A stretch of DNA of 44,753 bases from Planctomycetota bacterium (GTDB lineage: Bacteria > Planctomycetota > B15-G4): NCBI GenBank assembly GCA_038212275.1, contig JBBQUR010000029.1, forward strand, positions 1 to 44,753, given 5' to 3'. Below the pieces are notes generated by a model. The model was given only the letters and a program-made list of their open reading frames with translations, was not told the origin of the DNA and searched no databases. Below are positions 8,542 through 16,895 of this stretch, piece after piece; positions within the stretch are counted from its first letter, which is position 1; every line of letters starts with the position of its first letter. A program made the translations under genes and the position numbers.

Positions 8542-9939
8542 ATGACCGCTCCCGAGATCACCCGCATGAATCCTCCCCGCACGCCGACGACCTCTCCGGC
8601 CTCGCCTGGCGGGTCAGCCCCGCTCGGCGGGCCGGCAGCGCACGGCAGGCCGGTCGCGCAAGGTGGGCCGGCAGCGCAAGGAGGCCCTGCCGCGCACGGC
8701 GGGCCGGTCGCAGCGACGGCGCACGCATCTCTCGAGGCGCGCATTGCGGCATCGGGCGCCGAGCTGGGCCTCAGCCTCAACGCGGTGCTCGACGCGCTGC
8801 CCGAGGGGCGCCGCGGTCCGCAGCTGCTCGCCCGCGCGCTCGGCCTGGACAAGGTGCTGACCTCGCGCCTGCTCAAGGCGGCGCGCAGTCGCGACCCGCT
8901 CTCGGTGACCCAGCACGCCCCGGGGCCCGAACCGTTGCGACGCTTCCTGCGTGCGGCGCGTCGACGCGGCGTCGAGGCCGCACACATCGCCCGGGCCGAC
9001 GCGGCCGTGGACGGCTTCGAGTCGCTCATCCGCCAGGAGGTCGGCGACCGCAGCGCGCTCGACGCGATGCTCTCGTCCTGGCTGCCCGAGGCGCGCGAGG
9101 TCTTCGAGGTGCGTCGGCGCCAGTCGGCCTACAAGGCACTCAGCCAGCTCAAGGGTGCGTCGGCCGAAGTGAACGTCGGCACCGTCGTCGTGCACCCGTC
9201 GCCGGATGGCAAGCGCCTCGACATCGTGTGGCTGGTGGGGTTGCTGGGCATTCAGCGCCTGCGCGCCGGCGTGACCGTCAAGCTGTCCTCGCGCCGGATG
9301 CCCGGAGAGTCCAGCGACCGACACCCGCAGACGCTGCAGGGCCAGCCGATCGGTGGCTCCGAGGGCATCGAGGGCCTGCGTCAGGACGCCTTCTGTCACC
9401 TGCCTCCCGCGCCCGTGAGCGTGCGGCGCATCGGCGACACGATGCAGTACGTGCTCGGCGGGGACGCCTTCGGCCCGCAATCCGCCGTGGATCTGATCCT
9501 CGCCGAGGTGAACCTGGCGGAAATGGGCCGCTTCGTCCCGCACGGCTCGGGGCGCAGGAATTTCCTCTTTGCCGAGGTGGGCACGCCCTGCCGCACGCTG
9601 CTCTTCGACGTGCTCGTCCACGAGGAACTCTACGCCGGCGCCGCGCCGTCGCTCGTGGTCTACGACACCGCGCTGGAGGGCGTGGCCTCGGTGAACGACC
9701 CGATCCGCGACATCGACAGGCTGGACCTGAGCGGCAGTTTCCGCGCGCTGGGCCGCGGCATCGCAGGACTGCGCACGCCGAAGGTGCCGCGCTACGCCGA
9801 GCTCGTCGCGCACGTGTTCGACAGTCTCGGCTGGGACCCCGGCGCCTTCCGCGCCTATCGCTACGCCAGCGACTATCCGCTCTACGGCTCGCAGGTCGTG
9901 GCGGCGTTCCCGCCGTCCGAGGACCCGGCCCCGCCCTGA
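8542..9939 (+). CDS. Uncharacterised protein, putative transcriptional regulator with N-terminal HTH-like segment
   Basis: Strong coding bias. PQLLARALGLDKVLTSRLLK resembles an HTH. Low-complexity N-terminus with GGPAA(H/Q)G repeats. The start may be 8566. Confidence 0.7.
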   Translation: MTAPEITRMNPPRTPTTSPASPGGSAPLGGPAAHGRPVAQGGPAAQGGPAAHGGPVAATAHASLEARIAASGAELGLSLNAVLDALPEGRRGPQLLARALGLDKVLTSRLLKAARSRDPLSVTQHAPGPEPLRRFLRAARRRGVEAAHIARADAAVDGFESLIRQEVGDRSALDAMLSSWLPEAREVFEVRRRQSAYKALSQLKGASAEVNVGTVVVHPSPDGKRLDIVWLVGLLGIQRLRAGVTVKLSSRRMPGESSDRHPQTLQGQPIGGSEGIEGLRQDAFCHLPPAPVSVRRIGDTMQYVLGGDAFGPQSAVDLILAEVNLAEMGRFVPHGSGRRNFLFAEVGTPCRTLLFDVLVHEELYAGAAPSLVVYDTALEGVASVNDPIRDIDRLDLSGSFRALGRGIAGLRTPKVPRYAELVAHVFDSLGWDPGAFRAYRYASDYPLYGSQVVAAFPPSEDPAPP

Positions 9940-9941
9940 GT

Positions 9942-10090
9942 CGCCGGCACGCCCCCGGTCGCCGTGACGCCCCTGGTCGCCGTGACGCCCCGGTCGCCGT
10001 CACGCGCTGAGTCGCCGTCACGCCGTGCGGTCGCGCCCTGCCGTGTGGTCGCCTCCTGCCGTGTGGTCGCGCCCTGCCGTGCGGTCGCGC
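9942..10090. repeat. Two adjacent 17-18-bp tandem repeat tracts (GGTCGCCGTGACGCCCC; GCCGTGTGGTCGCGCCCT)
   Basis: Visible periodicity. The second tract encodes the DRTAGR/DHTAGG tail of the PhyH gene. Confidence 0.7.
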
Positions 10091-11046
10091 AATGCCGCGA
10101 CGCGTCGCAGCACGTCCGGCGCGTCGTTGTGGGAGTGGGTGAAGCCGAGCGCGCGTTCTTTGGCCACGGCGCTGGCGGCACGGAAGGCGACGACGAAGCC
10201 GCGGCGCCAGCGGTCCGACGTGTTGCCGCCCGAGCCGTGCAGTGTTCGCTCGTGGTGCACGCTGACATCGCCGCGGTGCAGGCGCGCGGGGCGTGGTCGG
10301 TCGCGCGCCGGGTCGAGGGTTGCCACGAGCGTGTGATTCAGCGAGCGGTCGCCGTGCAGGGGAAGGTGCGGGCGCAGCGCAGGCTCACGATGGCTGCCGT
10401 CGACGAAGCATACGCAGCCGTTGTCCTCGTCCACCTCGTCGAGCGCGAGCCAGAAGGAGGCGGTGCGCGTGTCGGCGGTGGCAGGCCAGTAGGCCTGGTC
10501 CTGGTGCCAGTGGAAGACCGCGTCGGACCTGCGCGGCGGCTTGGCGACGATCTGGTCGTAGTCCAGTGCCATGTCCGGCCCGCAGAGCTGCGCCGCGACG
10601 GCCGCCGCGCGCCGCTCGTACGCATTGCCGCGCAGCGGCGGGTGATACGCCCGCGGCAGCATCACGTTGAGGATCGAGAAGTCCTCGATCGGCCGGCCGT
10701 AGTCCGAGGTCATGTCGCAGTAGTCGCGGCCCGGCACGGCGATGTCGCGGCGCAGCAGCGCCATCGTCACGCGCTCCAGCTCATCGCATTCTGCCGGCGT
10801 CAGCAGATTGCGGATCACGATCCAGCCGTCGCGCACGAAAGCCTCCCGCTCGTCTGTGCTCAACACGAGCGCGCCGGGATCGCTCGGAGCGAGGTGGGTC
10901 GGCCCGTTTGCTTCCGGCACGCCGCAGCTTCCGGGCATGCCGGTGGAGTCGGCTGGGTCGACGGAGTCGGCCGGGTCGGAAGGTTCGGAAGGTTCGGGCG
11001 GGTGGCCGCCGGGCGGGTGTGAGGCGCTTTGATCGTCGGCGTTCAT
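10018..11046 (-). CDS. Phytanoyl-CoA dioxygenase (PhyH) family Fe(II)/2-oxoglutarate dioxygenase
   Basis: F.RDGW, AKPP, WHQDQAYW (HxD), FWLALDEVDEDNGC..FVDGSH, and HHERTLHGSGGN.S..WRR. Confidence 0.9.
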   Translation of the reverse strand: MNADDQSASHPPGGHPPEPSEPSDPADSVDPADSTGMPGSCGVPEANGPTHLAPSDPGALVLSTDEREAFVRDGWIVIRNLLTPAECDELERVTMALLRRDIAVPGRDYCDMTSDYGRPIEDFSILNVMLPRAYHPPLRGNAYERRAAAVAAQLCGPDMALDYDQIVAKPPRRSDAVFHWHQDQAYWPATADTRTASFWLALDEVDEDNGCVCFVDGSHREPALRPHLPLHGDRSLNHTLVATLDPARDRPRPARLHRGDVSVHHERTLHGSGGNTSDRWRRGFVVAFRAASAVAKERALGFTHSHNDAPDVLRRVAALRDRTAGRDHTAGGDHTAGRDRTA

Positions 11047-11204
11047 CCGGTCCTCGCAGGCGTCCTGCCGGAAGTGTGGTCGAGCCGGTGCCGTGCCTCG
11101 CGCTCGGAATTTCGGCATGATCCGTGGCGACGCCGGAATCATCGAGTATTCGGTCGGTGCCGCGCACGGACGTTCTCGAGCCCCTCGCCTCCCGGAGCCT
11201 GCCC

Positions 11205-11507
11205 ATGTCCACCGGCCACGTCTTTCATCCCGGTCATGACGAGTGGCACGGCCAGACGGTGGTCATCTTCACCGGCGGGCCGCGCACGGTGGTGGGCCGC
11301 TGGCACGAGATCGGCGGCGGGCGGCTGCACATGCACGACGTGGCGGTGCACGACTGCAACGCTGCCGCGGCGGCGGCCGGTCCGGCGGCCGAGACCCGCG
11401 ACGAGTGGCTCGCGCGCGTCAAGCAGTACGGCATTCCGGTCACGCACAAGGACTTCTCGATGCCGCAGGCGGAGATCGATCGCGTGACGAGATTGCGCGA
11501 CATCTGA
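11205..11507 (+). CDS. Small conserved hypothetical protein (possibly Sm/LSm-like fold)
   Basis: GGAG RBS; MSTGHVFHPGHDEWHGQTVVIFTGGPRTVVGRW...LHMHDVAVHD; good coding bias. Confidence 0.7.
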   Translation: MSTGHVFHPGHDEWHGQTVVIFTGGPRTVVGRWHEIGGGRLHMHDVAVHDCNAAAAAAGPAAETRDEWLARVKQYGIPVTHKDFSMPQAEIDRVTRLRDI

Positions 11508-11610
11508 GGCCGGTGGCGCCGCCTCTTCGCGGCCGGTCAGTTGTTACAAGGTGCAGCAAGCCTTTCGGATGAGTCGTTTCGTTCCCCGCCCCTTTCACGG
11601 AAGTTGCCGC

Positions 11611-12270
11611 ATGCTCCGCTCGCCCTGCTCGCGTGTCCTGAGCTCCTTCGCATGTCTTGCCGTGCTGGGCTGCCTGCTCGCCGGCTGCAGCACCACGCCG
11701 CGGGCCACGCAGGCGTCGGCGGCCTCCTCGCACCAGTGGCTGGCGCTGACATCCGCCGGAAGCCTTCCGGCCGCGCGGGCCGGAGCACCCGTCTCGGATC
11801 TCGCCGAGCCCGTAGGCGCGCCGTCGGTCGCCGCTGCAGACGATGACGACTCCAAGGAGCACGGCTTCGTTCATGTCGTGCTGCTCTACATCCCCAATCG
11901 CATCTTCGACGTGCTCGACATCGTGCGCGCGCGCGTTCGCCTCGGGCCCGGCTTCGCGGCGGACATCCGCGCCACGGAACTGGCCGATGCCTTCATCGGC
12001 GCGTACACGTCGGTGTTCGTGGGCATCCCGGGTCCGCGCGGCGCCCCGTTCATCAACTGGCCCTTCGGCATCGAGAACAAGGCCGGCGCGGAGCTCAGCG
12101 TGGCAGATGCGTCCACGGACGGTCGCTTCGGACCACACTACGGCGCTGCGGAGTTCGGTCTCGGTGCGCAGGTCGGGCTGATCGGCGCGGACCTCGGAGT
12201 CGACCCGTGGGAGCTCGTGGACTTCGCGGTGGGATTGCTGACCTTCGACCCGGTGCATGACGACTTGTAG
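11611..12270 (+). CDS. Lipoprotein (NRxxDxxDI...E.VDF..G...DP..DD family, LIC13411-like)
   Basis: Lipobox LAGC. NRIFDVLDIV and ELVDFAVGLLTFDPVHDD match the two lipoproteins at 38.3-39.4 kb. Confidence 0.75.
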   Translation: MLRSPCSRVLSSFACLAVLGCLLAGCSTTPRATQASAASSHQWLALTSAGSLPAARAGAPVSDLAEPVGAPSVAAADDDDSKEHGFVHVVLLYIPNRIFDVLDIVRARVRLGPGFAADIRATELADAFIGAYTSVFVGIPGPRGAPFINWPFGIENKAGAELSVADASTDGRFGPHYGAAEFGLGAQVGLIGADLGVDPWELVDFAVGLLTFDPVHDDL

Positions 12271-12351
12271 GCGGCACGCTTGGGGCGCGGCTTCGCTTGG
12301 CCGGGAGCTGCCCCTGCGGGCGAGATGCGCGGGGGGCGCGTGGCACGGGGA

Positions 12352-12460
12352 GTGCGCGGGGCGGGAGGATTGTCCGGCGCTGCGCCCGTGGGGCAACAGG
12401 ACGCGTCATGATTCCGGGAGCGGCGCCCTTCGCGCCGGACAAACCTCCCGTCCCGCGCAC
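12352..12460. repeat. 109-bp self-palindromic element, copy A (29-bp terminal inverted repeats)
   Basis: GTGCGCGGGGCGGGAGGATTGTCCGGCGC ... GCGCCGGACAAACCTCCCGTCCCGCGCAC (27/29 complementary). An inverted near-identical copy lies at 12964-13072. Confidence 0.85.
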
Positions 12461-12963
12461 ACGCCGAGGCACGGGGTTCCGTGCCATGCGGGGGTGGGGC
12501 AGGTCCCGGCGGGCGCTTCGCTGCGCCTCACGCGTGGGTTTTTGGGGGAACGCATTTTCCGCAATGAGATGGGGATGGACTTGGCATGCGGTCAGGCATC
12601 GCTTGAGCGGGGATGGGGAAGGGGCGATGCACGCCGTGCGATGTTCGAGCGTGCAAGGCTCGGCGCGCGAGGCTCGGCGCAGGATCAACCCGCCGGGCGG
12701 CAGGCACAGGGAGCGCGTCGGGCAGCGGCGCAGACGTCAGGCGTCAGCTGAAACGACTCGCAGTTCGGCGGCACACGACTTCGCAGCGCTCACGCTCCAG
12801 CGGACCGCCGTCATTCGTCCGGGCCACCGTTCCGCCCGAGACACCGGCCAGGCGCGCTCGCCGTCCGGACGTTCAACCTCAGCAGGCGCGCGACGGCGTC
12901 GTGAAGCCCAAGCGCCGGGAGTGCTGACCGCCTCGCCCCGCACGGAAAAACGCACCTCGACGT

Positions 12964-13072
12964 GTGCGCGGGACGGGAGGTTTGTCCGGCGCGAAGGGCG
13001 CCGCTCCCGGAACCGTGACGCGTCCTGTTGCCTCACGGGCGCAGCGCCGGACAATCCTCCCGCCCCCCGCAC
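12964..13072. repeat. 109-bp self-palindromic element, copy B (inverted relative to copy A)
   Basis: Its reverse complement aligns to 12352-12460 with only a few substitutions, including across the 51-nt loop. Confidence 0.85.
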
Positions 13073-13288
13073 CCCCCGCCCCCAACGACGCACCGTCATG
13101 CACCCCCCCCGCGCGGGCAGCACCCCCGGCGCGACCGCAAAACAAAGCCAGTCACCCCGCCCCGTCCCGTCCCTTACCCCATTTTCTTGCCCGTCCCCGG
13201 ACAGCCCGCTATCCTGCCCCGCCTTCTTTCCGCAGGGCCTCGCGGAAACAGGTGCCGACAGCCCAGCCCAGGACACGCCAGCGCACCC

Positions 13289-13501
13289 ATGTTCAAGCCC
13301 GTGCTGCACTTCCTCGACCGCTTCGGCAACGTCGTCGGCAGGACGATGATGACGGTCATCTACTTCGTGGCGGTCATGCCCGTCGCGCTGCTTTACGGGC
13401 TGTTCACCGACACGCTGCTGCTGAAGAAGGCGCCGACGAGCACCTACCGCCCGTGGGCCGCGATCAACGAGACGCTCGACGACGCCCGGCGGCAGGACTG
13501 A
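13289..13501 (+). CDS. Small SxtJ-like membrane protein
   Basis: MFKPVLHFLDRFGNVVGRTMMTVIYFVAVMPVALLYGLFTDTLLLKK...RRQD resembles the C-terminal half of SxtJ. Ends 4 nt before the carbamoyltransferase start. Confidence 0.7.
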   Translation: MFKPVLHFLDRFGNVVGRTMMTVIYFVAVMPVALLYGLFTDTLLLKKAPTSTYRPWAAINETLDDARRQD

Positions 13502-13505
13502 GCGC

Positions 13506-15299
13506 ATGTACATCCTCGGCCTGTCCTTCTACTACCACGATGGCAGCGCGGCGCTCATTCACGACGGCACGGTGGTCGCGGCCGGCGAGGAAGAGCGCTT
13601 CTCGCGCCGCAAGCACGACCCGGGCTTCCCCGAGAAGGCCATCGCCTTCTGCCTGAAGACCGCCGGCATCACCATCGACCAGGTGGACTACGTCGTCTTC
13701 TACGAGAAGCCGTTCGTGAAGTTCGAACGGCTGCTGCTCACGGCCATCTCCACCTTTCCGCGCTCGGCCAAAGTCTTCCGCGAGTCCATGCTCACCTGGC
13801 TCCAGAAGAAGCTCTGGGTGCGCAGCATGATGCTGGAGAAGCTGAAGATCCCGAAGAGCAAGCTGCTCTTCGCGGACCACCACATGAGCCACGCGGCGGC
13901 GGCCTTCTACTGCTCGCCCTTCGACGAGGCCGCGGTGCTGACGCTGGACGGCGCGGGCGAGTGGTCCACGTCCACGATGGGCGTGGGCAAGGGCACCAAG
14001 CTTTCGGTCATCAAGGAGATGCGCTTCCCGCACTCCGTCGGCCTGCTCTACTCCGCGTTCACGGCCTACTGCGGTTTCGAGGTGAACGAAGGCGAATACA
14101 AGCTCATGGGCATGGCGCCATACGGCGAGCCCAAATACGTGGACCGGATCATGAAGATGATCCGCATCAACGACGACGGTTCGCTGTGGCAGGACATGAA
14201 GTACTTCGCCTACCACTGGTCGGCGACGAACAGTTTCACGCCGGCCTTCGAAGAGGTCATGGGGCGCCCCGCGCGCGACCCGAAGCACGAGGACAAGAGC
14301 CTCGACCCCTTCTACTGCGACGTCGCGATGTCCATCCAGAAGGTGACCGAGACCATCATGATCAAGATGGCGCAGCACCTGCACGAGACGACGGGGCTGA
14401 CGAAGCTGTGCATGGCCGGCGGCGTGGCGCTCAACTCGGTGGCCAACGCCAAGATCGTGAACGAGACGGGCATGAAGGAGCTGTACGTCATGCCGGCCGC
14501 CGGCGACGACGGCTGCTGCGTCGGTGCGGCGCTGTGGGCCTATCACCACGTGCTGGGCAAGCCGCGCGTCGGACCGCTGGAGCACGCCTACCTGGGCAGC
14601 GAGTACAGCGATGCCGAGGTGCTGGAATTCCTGAAGAAGAACGAAGTCAAGCACACCTACATCAAGGATGACGAGACCTTCTTCAACCGCGTGGCCGACG
14701 ACCTCGTCGCCGGCAAGGTCGCGGGCTGGTTCCGCGGGCGCTTCGAGTTCGGGCCGCGCGCGCTCGGTGCGCGCTCGATCATCGCCGACAGCCGCAGCAC
14801 CGAGATGAAGGAGCTGGTCAACGCGAAGATCAAGTTCCGCGAGGCCTTCCGGCCCTTCGCGCCGTCGGTGCTGTCCGAGGCTGCCGACGAATACTTCGAG
14901 CTTCCCAAGGGTACCGGCGAGCCGTGGCCGGCGCGCTTCATGCTCTACGTGGTGCCCGTGCGCCCCGAGAAGCGCGACGTCATCCCGGCCATCACGCACG
15001 TGGACGGCAGCGGCCGCCTGCAGACCGTGATCAAGAAGTTCAACCCGGCCTACCACCGCGTCATCGAGTTGTTCGGCAAGAAGACCGGCGTGCCGGTCAT
15101 CCTGAACACGTCCTTCAACCTGAAGGGCGAGCCCATCGTCGAGACGCCCGCGCAGGCCTTCAACACCTTCAGCCGCAGCGAGATGGACGTGCTCTACCTC
15201 GGCAACTACATCATCGAGAAGGCCGACAAGAAGATCATCGACAGCACGCCCTTTATCCTGCGCCACGAGGGCGATCGCATCGTGGAGATGATCTCGTGA
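13506..15299 (+). CDS. O-carbamoyltransferase (NodU/CmcH/TobZ/SxtI family)
   Basis: YHDGSAA, EEERFSRRKH, HHMSHAAAAF, DGAGE, EGEYKLMGMAPYG, AGGVALN, EFGPRALGARS, KIKFREAFRPFAP, HVDGSGRLQTV and LNTSFN. Confidence 0.95.
   Translation: MYILGLSFYYHDGSAALIHDGTVVAAGEEERFSRRKHDPGFPEKAIAFCLKTAGITIDQVDYVVFYEKPFVKFERLLLTAISTFPRSAKVFRESMLTWLQKKLWVRSMMLEKLKIPKSKLLFADHHMSHAAAAFYCSPFDEAAVLTLDGAGEWSTSTMGVGKGTKLSVIKEMRFPHSVGLLYSAFTAYCGFEVNEGEYKLMGMAPYGEPKYVDRIMKMIRINDDGSLWQDMKYFAYHWSATNSFTPAFEEVMGRPARDPKHEDKSLDPFYCDVAMSIQKVTETIMIKMAQHLHETTGLTKLCMAGGVALNSVANAKIVNETGMKELYVMPAAGDDGCCVGAALWAYHHVLGKPRVGPLEHAYLGSEYSDAEVLEFLKKNEVKHTYIKDDETFFNRVADDLVAGKVAGWFRGRFEFGPRALGARSIIADSRSTEMKELVNAKIKFREAFRPFAPSVLSEAADEYFELPKGTGEPWPARFMLYVVPVRPEKRDVIPAITHVDGSGRLQTVIKKFNPAYHRVIELFGKKTGVPVILNTSFNLKGEPIVETPAQAFNTFSRSEMDVLYLGNYIIEKADKKIIDSTPFILRHEGDRIVEMIS
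15170..15299 (+). repeat. 130-bp direct repeat, copy 1 (3' end of the carbamoyltransferase gene)
   Basis: Identical base for base to 19714-19843. Confidence 0.95.
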
Positions 15300-15775
15300 A
15301 CGGCCCGCTCGGCACGATGGAGTTCATTTTCCTCGGGCTGTGGGCGCTGATGTCCACGCTCTTCTGGCTGAACTACCGCAAGGAAGAGAACCTGCTCACC
15401 GCGGCGCTCAAGGTCGGATGCATGCTCGGCTTCGTCTACGGGATGATGAAGCTCTTCGACTGGATCGGCGCGAAGGTGCCCGTCAGCGAGGCGATCACCT
15501 TCGGGCTCTCGTTCCCGGCCCTGAAGGGTGAGGAAGTCGCGCGCATCCCGCTGCTCGAGGACGCGCTGCTGATCTTCGTGGGCGCGCTGCTGATTGCCGT
15601 CGCATGGTACGCGCGCCGCAAGGTCGGCACCGTCTGCCAGCTCGTGCTGTCCACGTGGGACCGCGGACACTGGTACATGCTGCCGGTGATCTTCGTGCTG
15701 CTGACCATCGGCCTGCTGCTGGTGGCCGCCGCCGCCTCGCCGGTGCTCTCGCCGTTCATCTACACGCTGTTCTAG
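15296..15775 (+). CDS. Membrane protein with C-terminal SxtK/DUF5989 domain, copy 1
   Basis: GTGA overlap with the carbamoyltransferase stop. Several TM segments; C-terminus WYMLPVIFVLL...SPVLSPFIYTLF. Confidence 0.85.
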   Translation: MNGPLGTMEFIFLGLWALMSTLFWLNYRKEENLLTAALKVGCMLGFVYGMMKLFDWIGAKVPVSEAITFGLSFPALKGEEVARIPLLEDALLIFVGALLIAVAWYARRKVGTVCQLVLSTWDRGHWYMLPVIFVLLTIGLLLVAAAASPVLSPFIYTLF

Positions 15776-16177
15776 GCAGTCTCCGGGAGCGGTACGCGCG
15801 CTGCTCCCCCTTCTGTCCACCGCACCATCCTGGAGCGACTGGGGACGGGCACGATGGCGCAGACCGCGAGCCGCACCTGCAGGTGCACGTCACGCGGCTG
15901 CTCCTGCCGTTTGGCTTCGCACGGATCACGCGAACCTCCGGTCTGGTGCACAAGGGCCGTTTCACATACGTCGAGGTGCCGTGTGCGGCGTTGGCCGTGC
16001 ACCGCACGGCCTTCCACGGCCTGACCTGCAGCAGCCGCGACGCGAGCAGGATCGGCTGGGCGCCGTGTGCGTGGGCCTCAATCGCACGCGCTGAGCGTGT
16101 CTGAGGCGACTCGCCTCTCGCGCCCTGCAGCACTGATGGCGGTCGACAGCTCTTGCAAAACGAGGGAGGATGCGAAG

Positions 16178-16207
16178 TTGACAGAATCTTCGGGGGGGGG
16201 GTAAGCT
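16178..16207 (+). promoter_or_regulatory. Sigma70-type promoter with a G10 homopolymer in the spacer
   Basis: TTGACA (16178-16183), 18-nt spacer containing G10 (16192-16201), TAAGCT (16202-16207). Upstream of the Cys-rich peptide gene. Confidence 0.7.
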
Positions 16208-16274
16208 GCCAAGCGCTGGTCGGCGGAATTGGGGCCGACTCATGCAAAGTTCACGGGAGAAAGGGAGAGTTCAC

Positions 16275-16664
16275 ATGAACAATCAGAGTGCTTTTCAAAG
16301 CAACCTTCTCGGCCTGACGGGACTCGCGTTGATCGCGACAATGCTCCTCGGATTCATGTCGCCACTGCCGAGTGGGCGGTGCTCGGGCGTGGGAAGCGGA
16401 TCAGGTGAAATGGCCATGCTGACCTGCTCCGGAACCTGCACCTCGTGTCCGACCGTGAAGACGCTGCCCAACGAGAACAAGGTGTGTTCGTGTGTCGACG
16501 GTCAAGGACCGGCGTGCTGCCACGTCGAGTTGGAGAACCCCGGCACTGGCGAGGCAGCATTCGTTTCCGGCGGCGACTGCCCGAGTTGCAATACCGTGGG
16601 TGTCTGCACGGTGCTGACTTTCGCTGGTCAAACGCAGGCGACCTGCCTTCTTCCTCACGAGTGA
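16275..16664 (+). CDS. Secreted Cys-rich small protein (12 Cys)
   Basis: GGGAGAG RBS and a hydrophobic N-terminal signal/TM segment. The mature part has 12 Cys, including CxxC, CxC and CC. Confidence 0.75.
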   Translation: MNNQSAFQSNLLGLTGLALIATMLLGFMSPLPSGRCSGVGSGSGEMAMLTCSGTCTSCPTVKTLPNENKVCSCVDGQGPACCHVELENPGTGEAAFVSGGDCPSCNTVGVCTVLTFAGQTQATCLLPHE

Positions 16665-16690
16665 GAGAGTGGGAGGTTTTTGCATCCAGA

Positions 16691-16726
16691 AGCCGAGGGC
16701 CGCCACGTCATGGGCGGCCCTCGGCT
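16691..16726 (+). terminator. Strong stem-loop downstream of the Cys-rich peptide gene
   Basis: AGCCGAGGGCCGCC-acgtcatg-GGCGGCCCTCGGCT, a perfect 14-bp stem. No U-tract, so it may be a stabiliser or partial terminator. Confidence 0.6.
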
Positions 16727-16895
16727 GGTGCAATCGACTCGTCTGCTCAGTGTCCGCGCCGACCCCGTTCGTCACTGTCGCCTTGCCTCACAGTGCCAAG
16801 GGGCCTGACGAACTGCCTGCCCAGCAACATCGCTCAGTCAACTCTCCCATTCCTCGCACAGCGGGATGCTCTCGGAGACGCCGGGAGGACAGCGC

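Noticed and set aside
12613..12927. 104-aa ORF between the inverted hairpin elements
   Set aside because: Arg/Ala/Ser-rich with no motif or convincing codon bias, typical of a high-GC spurious ORF.
13289..15775. Saxitoxin biosynthesis cluster
   Set aside because: Only sxtI/J/K-like genes are present; there is no sxtA, sxtG or sxtB. The trio is widespread outside toxin producers.
15776..16104. Possible IS91-like transposase remnant (FGFARI)
   Set aside because: Only a short resemblance; the Cys pattern of the Zn-binding domain and the HUH motif are not recognisable.
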